64,000 nucleotides of DNA, taken from contig OZ251225.1 of assembly GCA_965240325.2 (NCBI GenBank), positions 992,001-1,056,000 of the forward strand, read 5' to 3'. This document shows positions 23,530 to 34,012 of this stretch, piece by piece (position 1 is the stretch's first letter; the number at the start of each line of letters is the position of its first letter). The DNA is from Rebecca billardiae RCC1528 (Eukaryota > Protista > Haptophyta). A program made the translations under genes and the position numbers. The notes under the pieces were generated by a model. That model ran no database searches, had not been told where the DNA came from, and was given only the letters and a program-made list of their open reading frames with translations.

Positions 23530-25447
23530 TTATGCATGGGCGAGCAGCCCCGTGCTGTCGTCCATGCCCGCGCTCAGCTCGGGTTCGCCCTCGCTGCCCG
23601 CGCTCGCGCCGCCCGCGCCACCTCCGTGGCTGCCTTGGAACATCTTCTTCTCCCACGCGTTGATGTCAAAGAAGACGTACTGACCCTTGCTGCGCGGCAG
23701 CGCCGGCACCGGGCGGGGAGCGCGGGCGCCGGCGGTCGAGGGCGGCCGTGAGGTGCGGCGAGGGGTGCGGCGTTTGGGTGCGCGCGCGCGCGCGCGCGCC
23801 TGTCGTCCGTGCCGCTCTGGGAGCCCGAGCGCGTGAACCACAGCTTGAGGTCCTTGTGATATCGCCACTCGCGGTTGTACAGCTCGGTCGCGGCGTACGC
23901 CTGCAGCGTGTCGCGCGGCATGTTGTAAAAGATGTAGAAGAGCGTCTCCAGCTGGAACTTGCCGAAGTGCGACGTCTTGAGCGCGGGTGGTTGCATGTAG
24001 TAGCACTGCGGGAGGCAGTACTCGGGGTCGGAGCGCACCGGTCCGTCTGCCCACGGACTCGCGAACGTGCCTGCGCGCGCGTGGCGCGGCGCAGAGGCCC
24101 GCGTGCGCGGGTCCCGCGCGGGTGAGCGCTGCGCCGCGAAGGCTCGGCGCCGCAGCGCACGAGGAGGGGCACGCACCGTAGAGGCAGTCGGGCGAGTTGA
24201 GGTTCAGCCCGAGGCTCGTCAGGTCCGTTCCGAGCGCGAGGTAGTTCAGATCCGCGTCCGTCATGCGAATGACGGACAGCAATCCGAGCAGGCTCCACGG
24301 ATCGCCCGAGAGCGCCGATCCCCCTGCGCTGTCCCCCGCGCCGCTCCCCGCCCCGCGCGCCTTCTGCCGCGCGCCGTGCTGGTGGTGGCCGAGCAGGGCG
24401 GCGGTGTCTATCGGCGCCATGTGCTGCGACATGCTGCCTGCCACCCCGTGCCGCAGGTCGAGCCCCGGCTGCTGCTGCGCGTGCAGCCCGCGCCCGGCGC
24501 CATCATGCTCTGCCTGCGACGAGCTCAGGCCGCCGCGAGCGCCGCTCGCCCCCGCTGCGCTGACGGCAGCGCCGAAGCCCTCGCGCCCCTTCGGCGCCGC
24601 GCCGGGCAGCGCGGGGAAGTCCTCGCTCTGGATCGCAAACTCGGGCTCAGGCTGCTGCAGGCCCCCGGGCGCGGCGACGCGGTGCATCCCCGGCGGCGGC
24701 GGGGGCGGCTGCCCCTGCCCCTGCACGCCTGGCCCTTGGCCTGGCTGCTGCAGCCCCATCGCCACGCGGTTGGCGAGCGCGGGGAACTCGGCCATGTCGA
24801 ACTGCGAGCTGCCGACGTCGCCGCCGCCCATCTCGCCCATCCCCGCGGGCATGCCCGACATGCCCCTCTTGTTGATCATGGCGAGCAGGTCGTTGGACGG
24901 GCCGTAGCCGCCGTGCGGCTGCAGCCCGGCCGAGACGCCCATCATGCCCGACATGTATGGGTTGCCCATCGGCATGCCTCCTTGCGCGGGCGGCGTGGAG
25001 CGCATGTTCCCACCCATGCCGCCGAACCCGTTCGACGCGCACGCGTTCCCTCCGCGCAGCACGTTCAGGTTGGCGTTCATGGCCGCGCGGTTGAGCGGAA
25101 AACCGCCCCCCATCGCTGCAAATTGCTGCGGCGCGCCCAGGCGGCTCGTCGCATTGGTTGCGGGAGGCGGCATGCCACCGAAAGGCAGGCCGCCCGGGAG
25201 CATGGGTGTCAGGTTGGGGGGCGTCGCCAACCCCCCTTGCTGTGGCTGCACGCGCGGCATGGGCCGCACGAGCCGCGCGGCGCGCGGGGCGCAAGGCCGG
25301 GCGAGTGGTGAGCGGCGTCGCGAGCCGCCGTGCCCGAGACATCGGCGGCGTGCGGCGGTGGCGGGGTGCGCGGGAGGGGAGGGAGCGTCGACGAGCGCAG
25401 GGGCGCACCTCCTGCATCCCATCTCGTTGGTTCTGGTAGAAGTACAT
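23530..25447 (-). CDS. NOT2: CCR4-NOT complex subunit 2 (multi-exon)
   Basis: EFPAL/DFPAL motifs, LLGLLSVIRM...LALGTDLTSLGLNLNS, TFASPW, and NOT box ETLFYIFYNMPRD..Q..AA.ELYNREWRYHK. Confidence 0.93.
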
Positions 25448-25624
25448 GGCCGCGAGGGCCTCGCCAGCTTGGCCCGGCTCCGGGTCGCTGGCAGCCCTCT
25501 TGCTTGGCTTGGCGACTCTGCCTCTGCGAGGACGCACCGCCCGGACCCGCGCGCACCCGGACCAATGGCGGCCTGGCGCCGATAGGCGGTTAGCTTGAAC
25601 CCTGCCAGCGGACGCCCGGGCGCG

Positions 25625-28600
25625 ATGAGCACGACCATGAAGATGGTCGAGCTCAAGCGCGTCTTCTCGGTGCCGAGCGAGCTGAATGGCCCTGGCCCGG
25701 TCATGTTCGCCTGGCACCCCGATGGCAGCTACTTGGCCTGCGCGGGCGCGAGTCGGATCGTGAACATCTCAAACCGACAGGGCAGCCCCATCGCCGAGAT
25801 CCCACTGTCCGGGTGCGTGCGCCCGCTCGGCGCGAGCACGCACGGCGACTGGATCCATGCACACCCTCGCACCCCGCTGCACGCCTCGCGCCCGAGTCAC
25901 CCTCACGCACCCGCTGCGTCGCCGCGCGCGTCCACGCGCCACGCCCGCCGCGCCGCGCCGCTCGGCCGCAGCGCGTGCCTCGCGCTCGACTGGGACAAGG
26001 ACGGCGAGGTGCTGGCGGTGCTGCAGCGCGACACGGGCATCGTGCCGCTGTGGGACGCGAACCAGCACAAGGTGAACAACCTGGACACCAACATGAAGGA
26101 CCTCACGTTCCTCAAGTGGTCGCTCACGGGGCCACAGGTGCGGCCACCGACCTGCGCGCGCGCTCAGAGAGCACGCGCGCGCGCGCGCGCGCACCGGACT
26201 GACCGACCGAGCGACCGACGGCCGGCTTGGCGCGGCGGCCGTGCCCGTCGCACCCGCGCGCCGCCCGCCCGCGCGCGCAGCTCGCCATCGGCAACGTGAA
26301 GGGCAACCTGCTGCTGTACAACAAGCGCACGCTCAAGAAGGTGCCGATCCTCGGCAAGCACGTCAAGCGGATCACGTGCGGCGCGTGGAACGCGGACAAC
26401 AAGCTCGCGCTCGCGTCGGAGGACAAGCAGGTGACGATCAGCAACGGCGACGGCGACACGCTCACGCAGACGATGCTCAAGTCCGAGCCCTCGCAGATGC
26501 GCTTCTCCGCCACGCGCACCGACCGGCTGGACACGAGCCGGGTCGACGGCGGCGAGAAGTCGGTCGTCGCGGCGGTGATGAACAAGAAGACGCTGCTGCT
26601 GTACGACACGGACGACCCGTCCAACCCGATCGAGCTGGCGTTCCAGGCGAAGTACGGCTCGATCTCCACGTACCGCTGGTTCCAGGCCGTGCACCTCCTC
26701 ATCGGCTTCGAGACCGGGTACATGGTGGTCGTCTCGACCACGCCGGACGAGGTGGGCGAGGAGAAGGTCTCGATCAAGGCGCACCAGGGCCGCCTCGTCG
26801 ACCTGACGTTCGCGCCGACGATCAACCGCGTGGCGACGTGCACGGCGCGGGAGATCATGATCTGCGACATCGTCACCAACAACTGGAGCGAGCTCACCCG
26901 CGAGTACGCCAAGATCGACGACGAGGCGGGCGACCTGCAGTCGCTCGGCTGGACGGCGGACGGCACGATGCTCACGGTCACGGCCGAGTCGGGCAACCTG
27001 CACTGCTTCCTCGCGTCGCTGCCGTGCCTCTCGGCGACGAGCGGCGCGCGGTACGCGCACCTCTCCTCGCTGCAGGAGATCTCCGTCCTCGCCGCGCCGC
27101 GCGCGCTCGAGCCGCCCGGCGCCGTGCCGCTGCCGCGCGTCGTCAAGATATCGCTCGAGCCGACGCTGCTCGCGCTCGGCGCCGAGCACGTGGCGATCGG
27201 CATGAACAACACGGTGATCTACTACTCGCTGCGGACGGGCGAGGCGGTGCTCGAGCGCGAGTACCCGGGGAGCGTCGACGCGATCCGGCTCAACGCGCGC
27301 TTCGCCGCCGTGCTCACCGAGGGCGCGGTGCACCTGCACCCGCTGCCGCAGCACGACGGCGCGGAGGGCTCGGGCGGCTCCGGCTCGTTCCCGGACTCCG
27401 AGGTCCGGGACATCACGTCGATGGCGCTGACGCCGGACTTCTTGCTGTTCGCGACGCGGCGCGGGACGGTGCACTTCTTCGCGCTCACCGACTGGGCCTT
27501 CGTCTCGGAGTACCGGCACAAGGAGGCCGTCGTCGGCGTGTTCCCCAACGAGCTCGGCACGCGCGCCGTGTTTGTGGACGCGTCCAACCAGGCGCACGTG
27601 TACAACCCGGTCAAGGAGGAGGCGATCCTCGTGCCCGACCTGGGCGGCAGCTCGATCGTCGCGGTGATGTGGGACGTGATCGAGCGCGGCGTCTTCGTGC
27701 TGTACGACCGCCGCGCCTTCCACGTCTGCGTCTACTCGCAGGGCACGATGGCGGGCGACCGCATCGAGGTGGTCGCGGCGACGCAGGTGAACTCGGTCGC
27801 CAACACGGTGCTGTGCCACTCCGGGCAGGTGATCTTCCAGAACACGACGGGCGCGATGCAGACGCTCACGCTGCCGTCGCACGACCGCGTGCGCACGGCG
27901 GACGGCTCGCCGCCCACCGCCGCCGTCGGGCGCGACGGCCTCACCGCCGCCATCGAGCAGAACCTCAAGCTGGGCCGGTACGCAGAGGCGTGGCAGGTCG
28001 CGCAGCACCTGGAGTCGGCGCACACGCTCGACGCGATCGCCAAGGCGGCGCTGCGCTCGCTGGACATCCCGCTGGCGACACGGATCTACCGGCAGGCGGG
28101 CGACGTGGGGATGGTGATGTCGCTCAACAAGATCGCGCAGCTCGAGGACACCAAGCTGCTCGCCGGCCACGTCGCGCTCATCTTCGGCGAGTACAACTCC
28201 GCGCAGGATCACTTCCTGGCGTCCACGCAGCCGCTCGGCGCGCTCGAGATGCGCAAGAACCTGCTGCACTGGGAGGAGGCGCTGACGCTCGCGCGCACGC
28301 TGGCGCCGGCGGAGGTGCCGCTCATCTCGAAGGAGCTCGCCGCGCAGCTCGAGGTGCGCGGCGACCACCAGGCCGCGCTCGAGATGTACCAGCGCGGGCA
28401 GACGGGAGAGCCTGACAGCGCGTCCGACCGGCAGTGCGCCGCGGGCATCGCGCGCATGACGCTGCGCCTGGGCGACGTGCAGCGGGGCGTGCAGATGGCG
28501 CAGCAGTCGAACGACCAACAGCTCTGCCGCGACTGCGCGACGATCCTCGAGGGCCTCAAGCAGTGGGCCGACGCGGCGATGCTCTTCGAGCGGGTGCGCG

Positions 28601-29131
28601 CGCACGGCGCCCCGCGCGAGCGCGCGCGCCGCGCCCGCGCGCGCGGCGGCGCGCGGCGCGCCCGCGCGCCGCTCGCCGAGCTCACGGCCACTGCCGCGCG
28701 TGCCTCCGCGGCTCGCAGGGTGGCCTTCCGGACCGGGCGGCGGCGATCTACATCAAGCACAAGAACTGGGCGGCCGCCGGCGCGCTGATGAATCAGATCA
28801 CCTCGCCCAAGCTGCAGCTCGAGTTTGCGCGCGCCAAGGAGTCGGACGGAAAGTTCGAGGAAGCGGCGCGCGCGTACGAAGCGGCCAAGGACATGGACGC
28901 CGTCGTGCGGCTGCTGCTCGAGAAGTGCGCGCGGCGCGGCGCGGGGCGCGCGGGAGGGCGGCGTGGCGGCATGCCTCGCGTGCGCGCGCACGCCTCCCGC
29001 CATCTTTCCCCCCGCCCCGACGCTGCCGCGCGCTCCGTGCCGTGCCGCGCGCGCGCGCTGCCGAGTGCCGCACTCGTTGACCTCGGCGCCGCGCGCGCGC
29101 GCGCCTTCCGCGCGCACGCTGCTGCTGCTGC

Positions 29132-29162
<31 letters not shown>

Positions 29163-30614
29163 GCTACCGCCGCCGCTGCTGCTGCAGACTCAACCAGCCG
29201 CAGCGCGCCTTCCAGATCGTGCGCGAGACGCGCTCCTCCGAGGGCGCCAAGATGGTCGCGCGCTACTGCCAGGAGCAGAAGGACTTCCGCACCGCGATCG
29301 AGTTCCTCATCCTCTCCAAGCAGGCGGAGGACGCGTTCGAGCTCGCGACCGCGCACGGCGAGATGCCCACCTTCACCGCCGCGCTGGGCAAGGGCGGCAC
29401 GCCGCAGCACTACCAGGCGGTCGCGGTGTACTACGAGCAGAAGGGCGAGTTCGGCCGCTCGGGCGACTTTTGGCTCGAGGCGAAGGACTTCTCAAAGGCG
29501 CTGCGGCTCTACCTGCAGTGTGGGGAGAAGGAGATCGACCGCGCGATCGAGGTGGTGGGCAAGGCGCGCACGGACCAGCTCACGCACACGCTGATCGACT
29601 TCTTGATGGGCGAGACGGACGGCGTGCCCAAGGACCCCAACTACATCTTCAGGCTGTACATGGCGCTGGGCAACTACCCGCAGGCGGCCAAGACGGCCGT
29701 GATCATCGCGCGGCAGGAGCAGGAGCTGGGCAACTACCGCGTGGCGCACCAGATCCTGTTTGACACGCACCGCGAGCTCAAGGCGCACAACATCGGCATC
29801 CCGCAGGTGCGGGCGCGCGCGGGCGAGAGGCCGAGCCTCGCGCGCGCGCGTGGGCGGGGCGCCGCCGCGCGCGCTCGCGGCTGAGGCGCCGCGCGGCCTG
29901 TGCGCGCCGCCGCTTCGCGCTGCGCCCGAACGGCCGCCCCTCCCCTCCCGCCCTCAGGACCTCTCCAACGCGCTGATGCTGCTGCACTCGTACATCCTCG
30001 TCAAGGTGCTCATCAAGCTGAACGACCACTCGTCCGCCGCGCGCATGCTGATCCGCGTCGCGAAGTCGATCTCCAAGTTCCCGTCGCACGTCGTGCCCAT
30101 CCTCACGTCGACGGTGATCGAGTGCCACCGCTCCAACCTGCGCAACTCGGCGTTCGAGTACGCGTGCACGCTGATGCGGCCGGAGCACCGCTCGCAGGTG
30201 CAGGCGCAGTACGTGCGCAAGATCGAGCAGATCGTGCGCAGGCCGGACAAGACGGAGGAGGAGGAGGCGAGCTCGCCCTCGCCGTACGACCCGAAGACGA
30301 TGGTGCTCGACACGCAGCTCGAGTGCCCGTCGACGCGCAACATCATCCCGTACTGCATCGCGACGGGGCGGCACGTCGTGCTGCACGACATGTGCGTGTG
30401 CCCGTCGTGCGCCTTCCCCGCGCTGTACACGGCGTTCACGAAGCTGGTCGACCAGTCGGAGGAGCACCTCTGCCCGATGTGCAACCAGCAGATCACGCTC
30501 TCCACCATCCGCAAGATGGAGGAGGACGAGGCCGCGGCCTGGCTCAAAAAGTTCCGCGAGCGGGTGGCGAAGGAGGAGGGCGACAAGGGCGCCAAGAATG
30601 GGGCGAAGCAGTAA
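25625..30614 (+). CDS. WDR19: Intraflagellar transport protein 144; six exons (about 25625-25812, 25972-26137, 26281-28592, 28719-28924, 29188-29806, 29959-30614)
   Basis: LDWDKDGEVLA, KKVPILGKHVKRITCGAW, LIDFLMGETDGVPKD, LMLLHSYILVK, FPSHVVPILTSTVIEC, and C-terminal zinc motifs. Confidence 0.96.
29118..29186 (+). repeat. (GCT)n(GCC)n trinucleotide tract inside an IFT144 intron
   Basis: Seen directly, just upstream of the acceptor at 29187. Confidence 0.85.
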
Positions 30615-31118
30615 GCACTGACGGCGCGACGAGACTACGCGCGTCTAACTAGTAACTACGCGGTAGTACGCCGGTGATGATGCAGATGCGCTGCATTTGG
30701 TGCCGGTAGCGGGTAGACCACCGCCACCGGCCGGGCCGCGTCACACAGACACTGGATCACTGAGCTATGAGTATGACTAGCTAGACCGCCAGCAAAGTTG
30801 GCAGCACTATAATGCTGATGATACGATACTGCTGCTGTGACACACTTCTAAGTAGGAGTGCAGCGGCACGACTGCTGGCCGCGCGGTCTCGGGTCTCACG
30901 TCGGGTGTGGGCTCTGGCCGCGACGGCGCGACGCCGACGGGTCGGACGTACGGCCGCGACGCGACGGCGGCGGACGGACTGGTGCGTCGCATCACCCCTG
31001 CCGCGCAGAAGTCCATCACACTCGTGAACGCCGTCCCGCGCCAGGCAGTGCCGCGCTGCTGTCGAGCGCGACGCCAGGGAGGCCGAGCAGCGCACGCGCC
31101 GGCTGCATAAAGCCTGAA

Positions 31119-32153
31119 TCAGCTGATGCTCCAAACCCCGACGAGGTACATGCACCGGATGAGCAGCAGCTCCTTAGCCATCTGCAGCATCCCCGTCACA
31201 CGCATCTTCGAGCCGGGGATCTCGGTCCAGTTGACGGGCTCCTCGCGCACCTCGATGCCTAGGCGCGAGGCCATGAAGAAAAGCTCCACGTCGAACGCCC
31301 ACCTCCGCACGTGCAGATTGCTGAACAGCCGCTTGCCCGCCTCGCGGCCGAACAGCTTGAAGCCGCACTGCGTGTCCTTGATCGTGCCGCCGATCGCGAG
31401 CGCGACCAAGAAGTGGAAGATCTGCGTGAGTACGCCGCGGTAGAAGCTGCGCTTCACGCTCTGCAGGTGGGCCCGCGAGCCCGCGACGAGTAGCATCGCC
31501 TCGGCGGGCGGCTCGCGCCCGAGAAAGTGGCGCTCGAGCTGCTCAAAGTCTGCAAAGCGGGTCGCGCCGTCGGCGTCGACCATTAGCATCAGCCGGCCGC
31601 GCGCGGCGAGCATGCCCTGCGCATCGCGACGGCCGCGGGGGTACGCGGGACGCGCGCCAGGCGGGAGAGTGCGTGAGAGCACGGCGCGCTCGCTTGGGGG
31701 CGCCGACCCAGCCGGCGCCCAACCACTGCCCCCAAAAGCCCAGTCTGGCGCGGGCCAGTGCGGGCGCCTGCAGGGGCGACGCACCTCGCGCACGGCAACA
31801 CCCTTGCCGCAGTTGGTGTGCAAACGCAGCACGCGAACGCGCTCCTGTGTGAAGTCCTGGGAGAAGCGTAGTCCGACGTCGCTCGTGCGGTCGGCGCTGC
31901 CGTCGTCAACCACGATAATCTCCCACGAGAACGTCGGGTCCGCCTCAGCGCGCCTTTGCAGAAAGTAGGTCGCCTCGCGGAGCATGTTGCCGAGGCGTTT
32001 TTCCTCGTTGAACGCGGGGACCACGACGGAGAGCGAGCACGACGCCGGCTCGATCGGAGCGCGGGCGTTCGCCGCGGCGTGGTCCCCATTGTGCAGCGCC
32101 TGGTTTGGCATCAGCAAGGTCGCATGCTGGTCGTACCGGGTCGGCGGCGCCAT
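31119..32153 (-). CDS. ALG5: Dolichyl-phosphate beta-glucosyltransferase (GT2); intron 31617-31784
   Basis: LSVVVPAFNEEKRL, EIIVVDDGS, N.GKG.AV, MVDADGAT, IKDTQCGFKLF, RWAFDVEL, VNWTEIPGSK. Confidence 0.92.
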   Translation of the reverse strand: MAPPTRYDQHATLLMPNQALHNGDHAAANARAPIEPASCSLSVVVPAFNEEKRLGNMLREATYFLQRRAEADPTFSWEIIVVDDGSADRTSDVGLRFSQDFTQERVRVLRLHTNCGKGVAVREVRRPCRRPHWPAPDWAFGGSGWAPAGSAPPSERAVLSRTLPPGARPAYPRGRRDAQGMLAARGRLMLMVDADGATRFADFEQLERHFLGREPPAEAMLLVAGSRAHLQSVKRSFYRGVLTQIFHFLVALAIGGTIKDTQCGFKLFGREAGKRLFSNLHVRRWAFDVELFFMASRLGIEVREEPVNWTEIPGSKMRVTGMLQMAKELLLIRCMYLVGVWSIS

Positions 32154-32219
32154 CGTGGATTCGTCGCGCCCGACTGCGTGCCTGCGCCGCCAGGCGTCAG
32201 GCGCGCGCCACCGGACGCG

Positions 32220-33548
32220 ATGGCGACCGACGTCGCCGCGGCCGGTGCGCCGGTGGCGGAAGACAAGGAGCCGGAGACCAAGCGCGCTCGCCGGGAGGAG
32301 GGCGCGCCCGAGGGCCGAGGGGTCGTCGACCTTCCCGAGGGCCGAGGGGCAGACGCGCCCTTCAAGCGCGTGCCGAAGCGCAAGGTGGCCATCCTCCTCG
32401 CGTACAACGGCGCGCGCTACCAGGGCATCCAACGCAACGCTGGCGCGTTCACGGTGGAGGACGAGCTCGCCCCTGCGCTCCTGACGGCCCACGCCATCTC
32501 GCGGCAGAATTCGAACGACCTCACCAAGCTGTGGTGGACGCGCGCTGGTCGCACCGACAAGGGCGTGCACGCGCTCGCCAACGTGATTGGCTTCATGTGC
32601 CACCTGGGGGACGACGAGGCGCCGGCCGCGGTGGCGGAGCGGGTCAACGCCGCGCTCCCGCCCCACATCCGCGTGCTCGGGGCGAGGCGCGTAACGAAGG
32701 GCTTCGACGCGCGCTGGCTGTGCACCGAGCGCTCGTACGAGTACCACATGCCGCTGGCCGCGCTGCGCGCACCGGGCAGCAAGGCGGACGCGGCCGGCCT
32801 GAGCGCAGACGAGCTGGAGACGGTCAAAGCGACGCTTCGCGCGTTCCTGGGCTCGCACACGTTCCACAACTACACGACGGGGCTCAAGGTGGGCGCGCCG
32901 CAGGCGTGGCGCTACATCACCAGCGCGCAGCTCACCGAGCCGTACACCTCGGCCGGCGGGGAGCCGTTCGTGTGCCTCAAGCTGCGCGGCAAGTCCTTCC
33001 TGCTGCACCAGATCCGGAAGATGGTCGCGGTGCTGGTCGCGCGCGCGCGCGGACGGCTCGACGCGGAGCTGTTCAAGCGCACGCTCGGCCCTGACCTGGT
33101 CTCGCTGCCGATGGCCCCCGCGGCCGGCCTGCTCATGCACGGCTGCCACTACGAGCAGTACGACAACAAGTGGGGAGGGCAGGACGGGCGCGAGGCGCTG
33201 GCCCTCACGCCGGCGGAGGATGCCGCCCGCCAGGCGTTCTTCCGCGAGCACCTGCTCGGCGCGGTCGCGTCTGCGCCGGTCACGGTCGCCTTCTTCGCGT
33301 GGCTCGAGCGGATCGACCGCTTCGTCTTCTCCGTCACTCAACCACGCGCCAAGGCTCCGGCCGCGGCCGCCGCGCCTTCGGCCAACGCCGACGGTGCCGC
33401 CGCCGGCGATGATGACGACGTGACCGATGTCGTTGCGGCCGGACCATCTCATCCACCGGCGACGGCGACAAGCACTGACGACGATGCGCTCGCGCAAGGT
33501 GGCGCCTCAGAGCAGCCGTGCAACGAGGATGCTGCCGTGGACGAGTAG
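32220..33548 (+). CDS. PUS1: tRNA pseudouridine synthase, TruA/Pus1 family
   Basis: KRKVAILLAYNG..YQGIQ, RAGRTDKGVHA (catalytic Asp), GSHTFHNYT, GKSFLLHQIRKMV. Confidence 0.93.
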   Translation: MATDVAAAGAPVAEDKEPETKRARREEGAPEGRGVVDLPEGRGADAPFKRVPKRKVAILLAYNGARYQGIQRNAGAFTVEDELAPALLTAHAISRQNSNDLTKLWWTRAGRTDKGVHALANVIGFMCHLGDDEAPAAVAERVNAALPPHIRVLGARRVTKGFDARWLCTERSYEYHMPLAALRAPGSKADAAGLSADELETVKATLRAFLGSHTFHNYTTGLKVGAPQAWRYITSAQLTEPYTSAGGEPFVCLKLRGKSFLLHQIRKMVAVLVARARGRLDAELFKRTLGPDLVSLPMAPAAGLLMHGCHYEQYDNKWGGQDGREALALTPAEDAARQAFFREHLLGAVASAPVTVAFFAWLERIDRFVFSVTQPRAKAPAAAAAPSANADGAAAGDDDDVTDVVAAGPSHPPATATSTDDDALAQGGASEQPCNEDAAVDE

Positions 33549-34012
33549 CTGCTGAGTCCGTCGCTGACAGCACTAAGCCGCCCGGAGCCCACGGCCGTAC
33601 GGCGGTCCCACGGACCCAGTCGCGCTTGCTGCCGCTTGCTGCAGACCCGCAGCTGCGAGTGCCGAGTGCGGTCTGCGCAGCAACCGAGCAAGACTTCCAG
33701 AGACTGGAGAGGTGATGTGATGGAGGGAAGCTAGGTGCTCAGATCAGCTCCGCTGCGCGCGTAGCGAGCAGGGCCCCAAGATGCCTTCGAATGAACAGCG
33801 CTGTAGCTTAGTGTGTAGACTCTACTGTCGTACAGTACAGTGCTGTACTACTATACCTGTACTGTACTGGTACAATGCACTACGACAGTATCAGCAGTAC
33901 ACTACTGCTCGGGCGCGGGCACCAGTCCTTGACTCCCTTGTCCGGGCAGTGAAGCGCGCGCTCCAGCGCGCGGGACGGCGCGCGCTCCCCTCTTGCGCCC
34001 GCGGTGGCTGCG

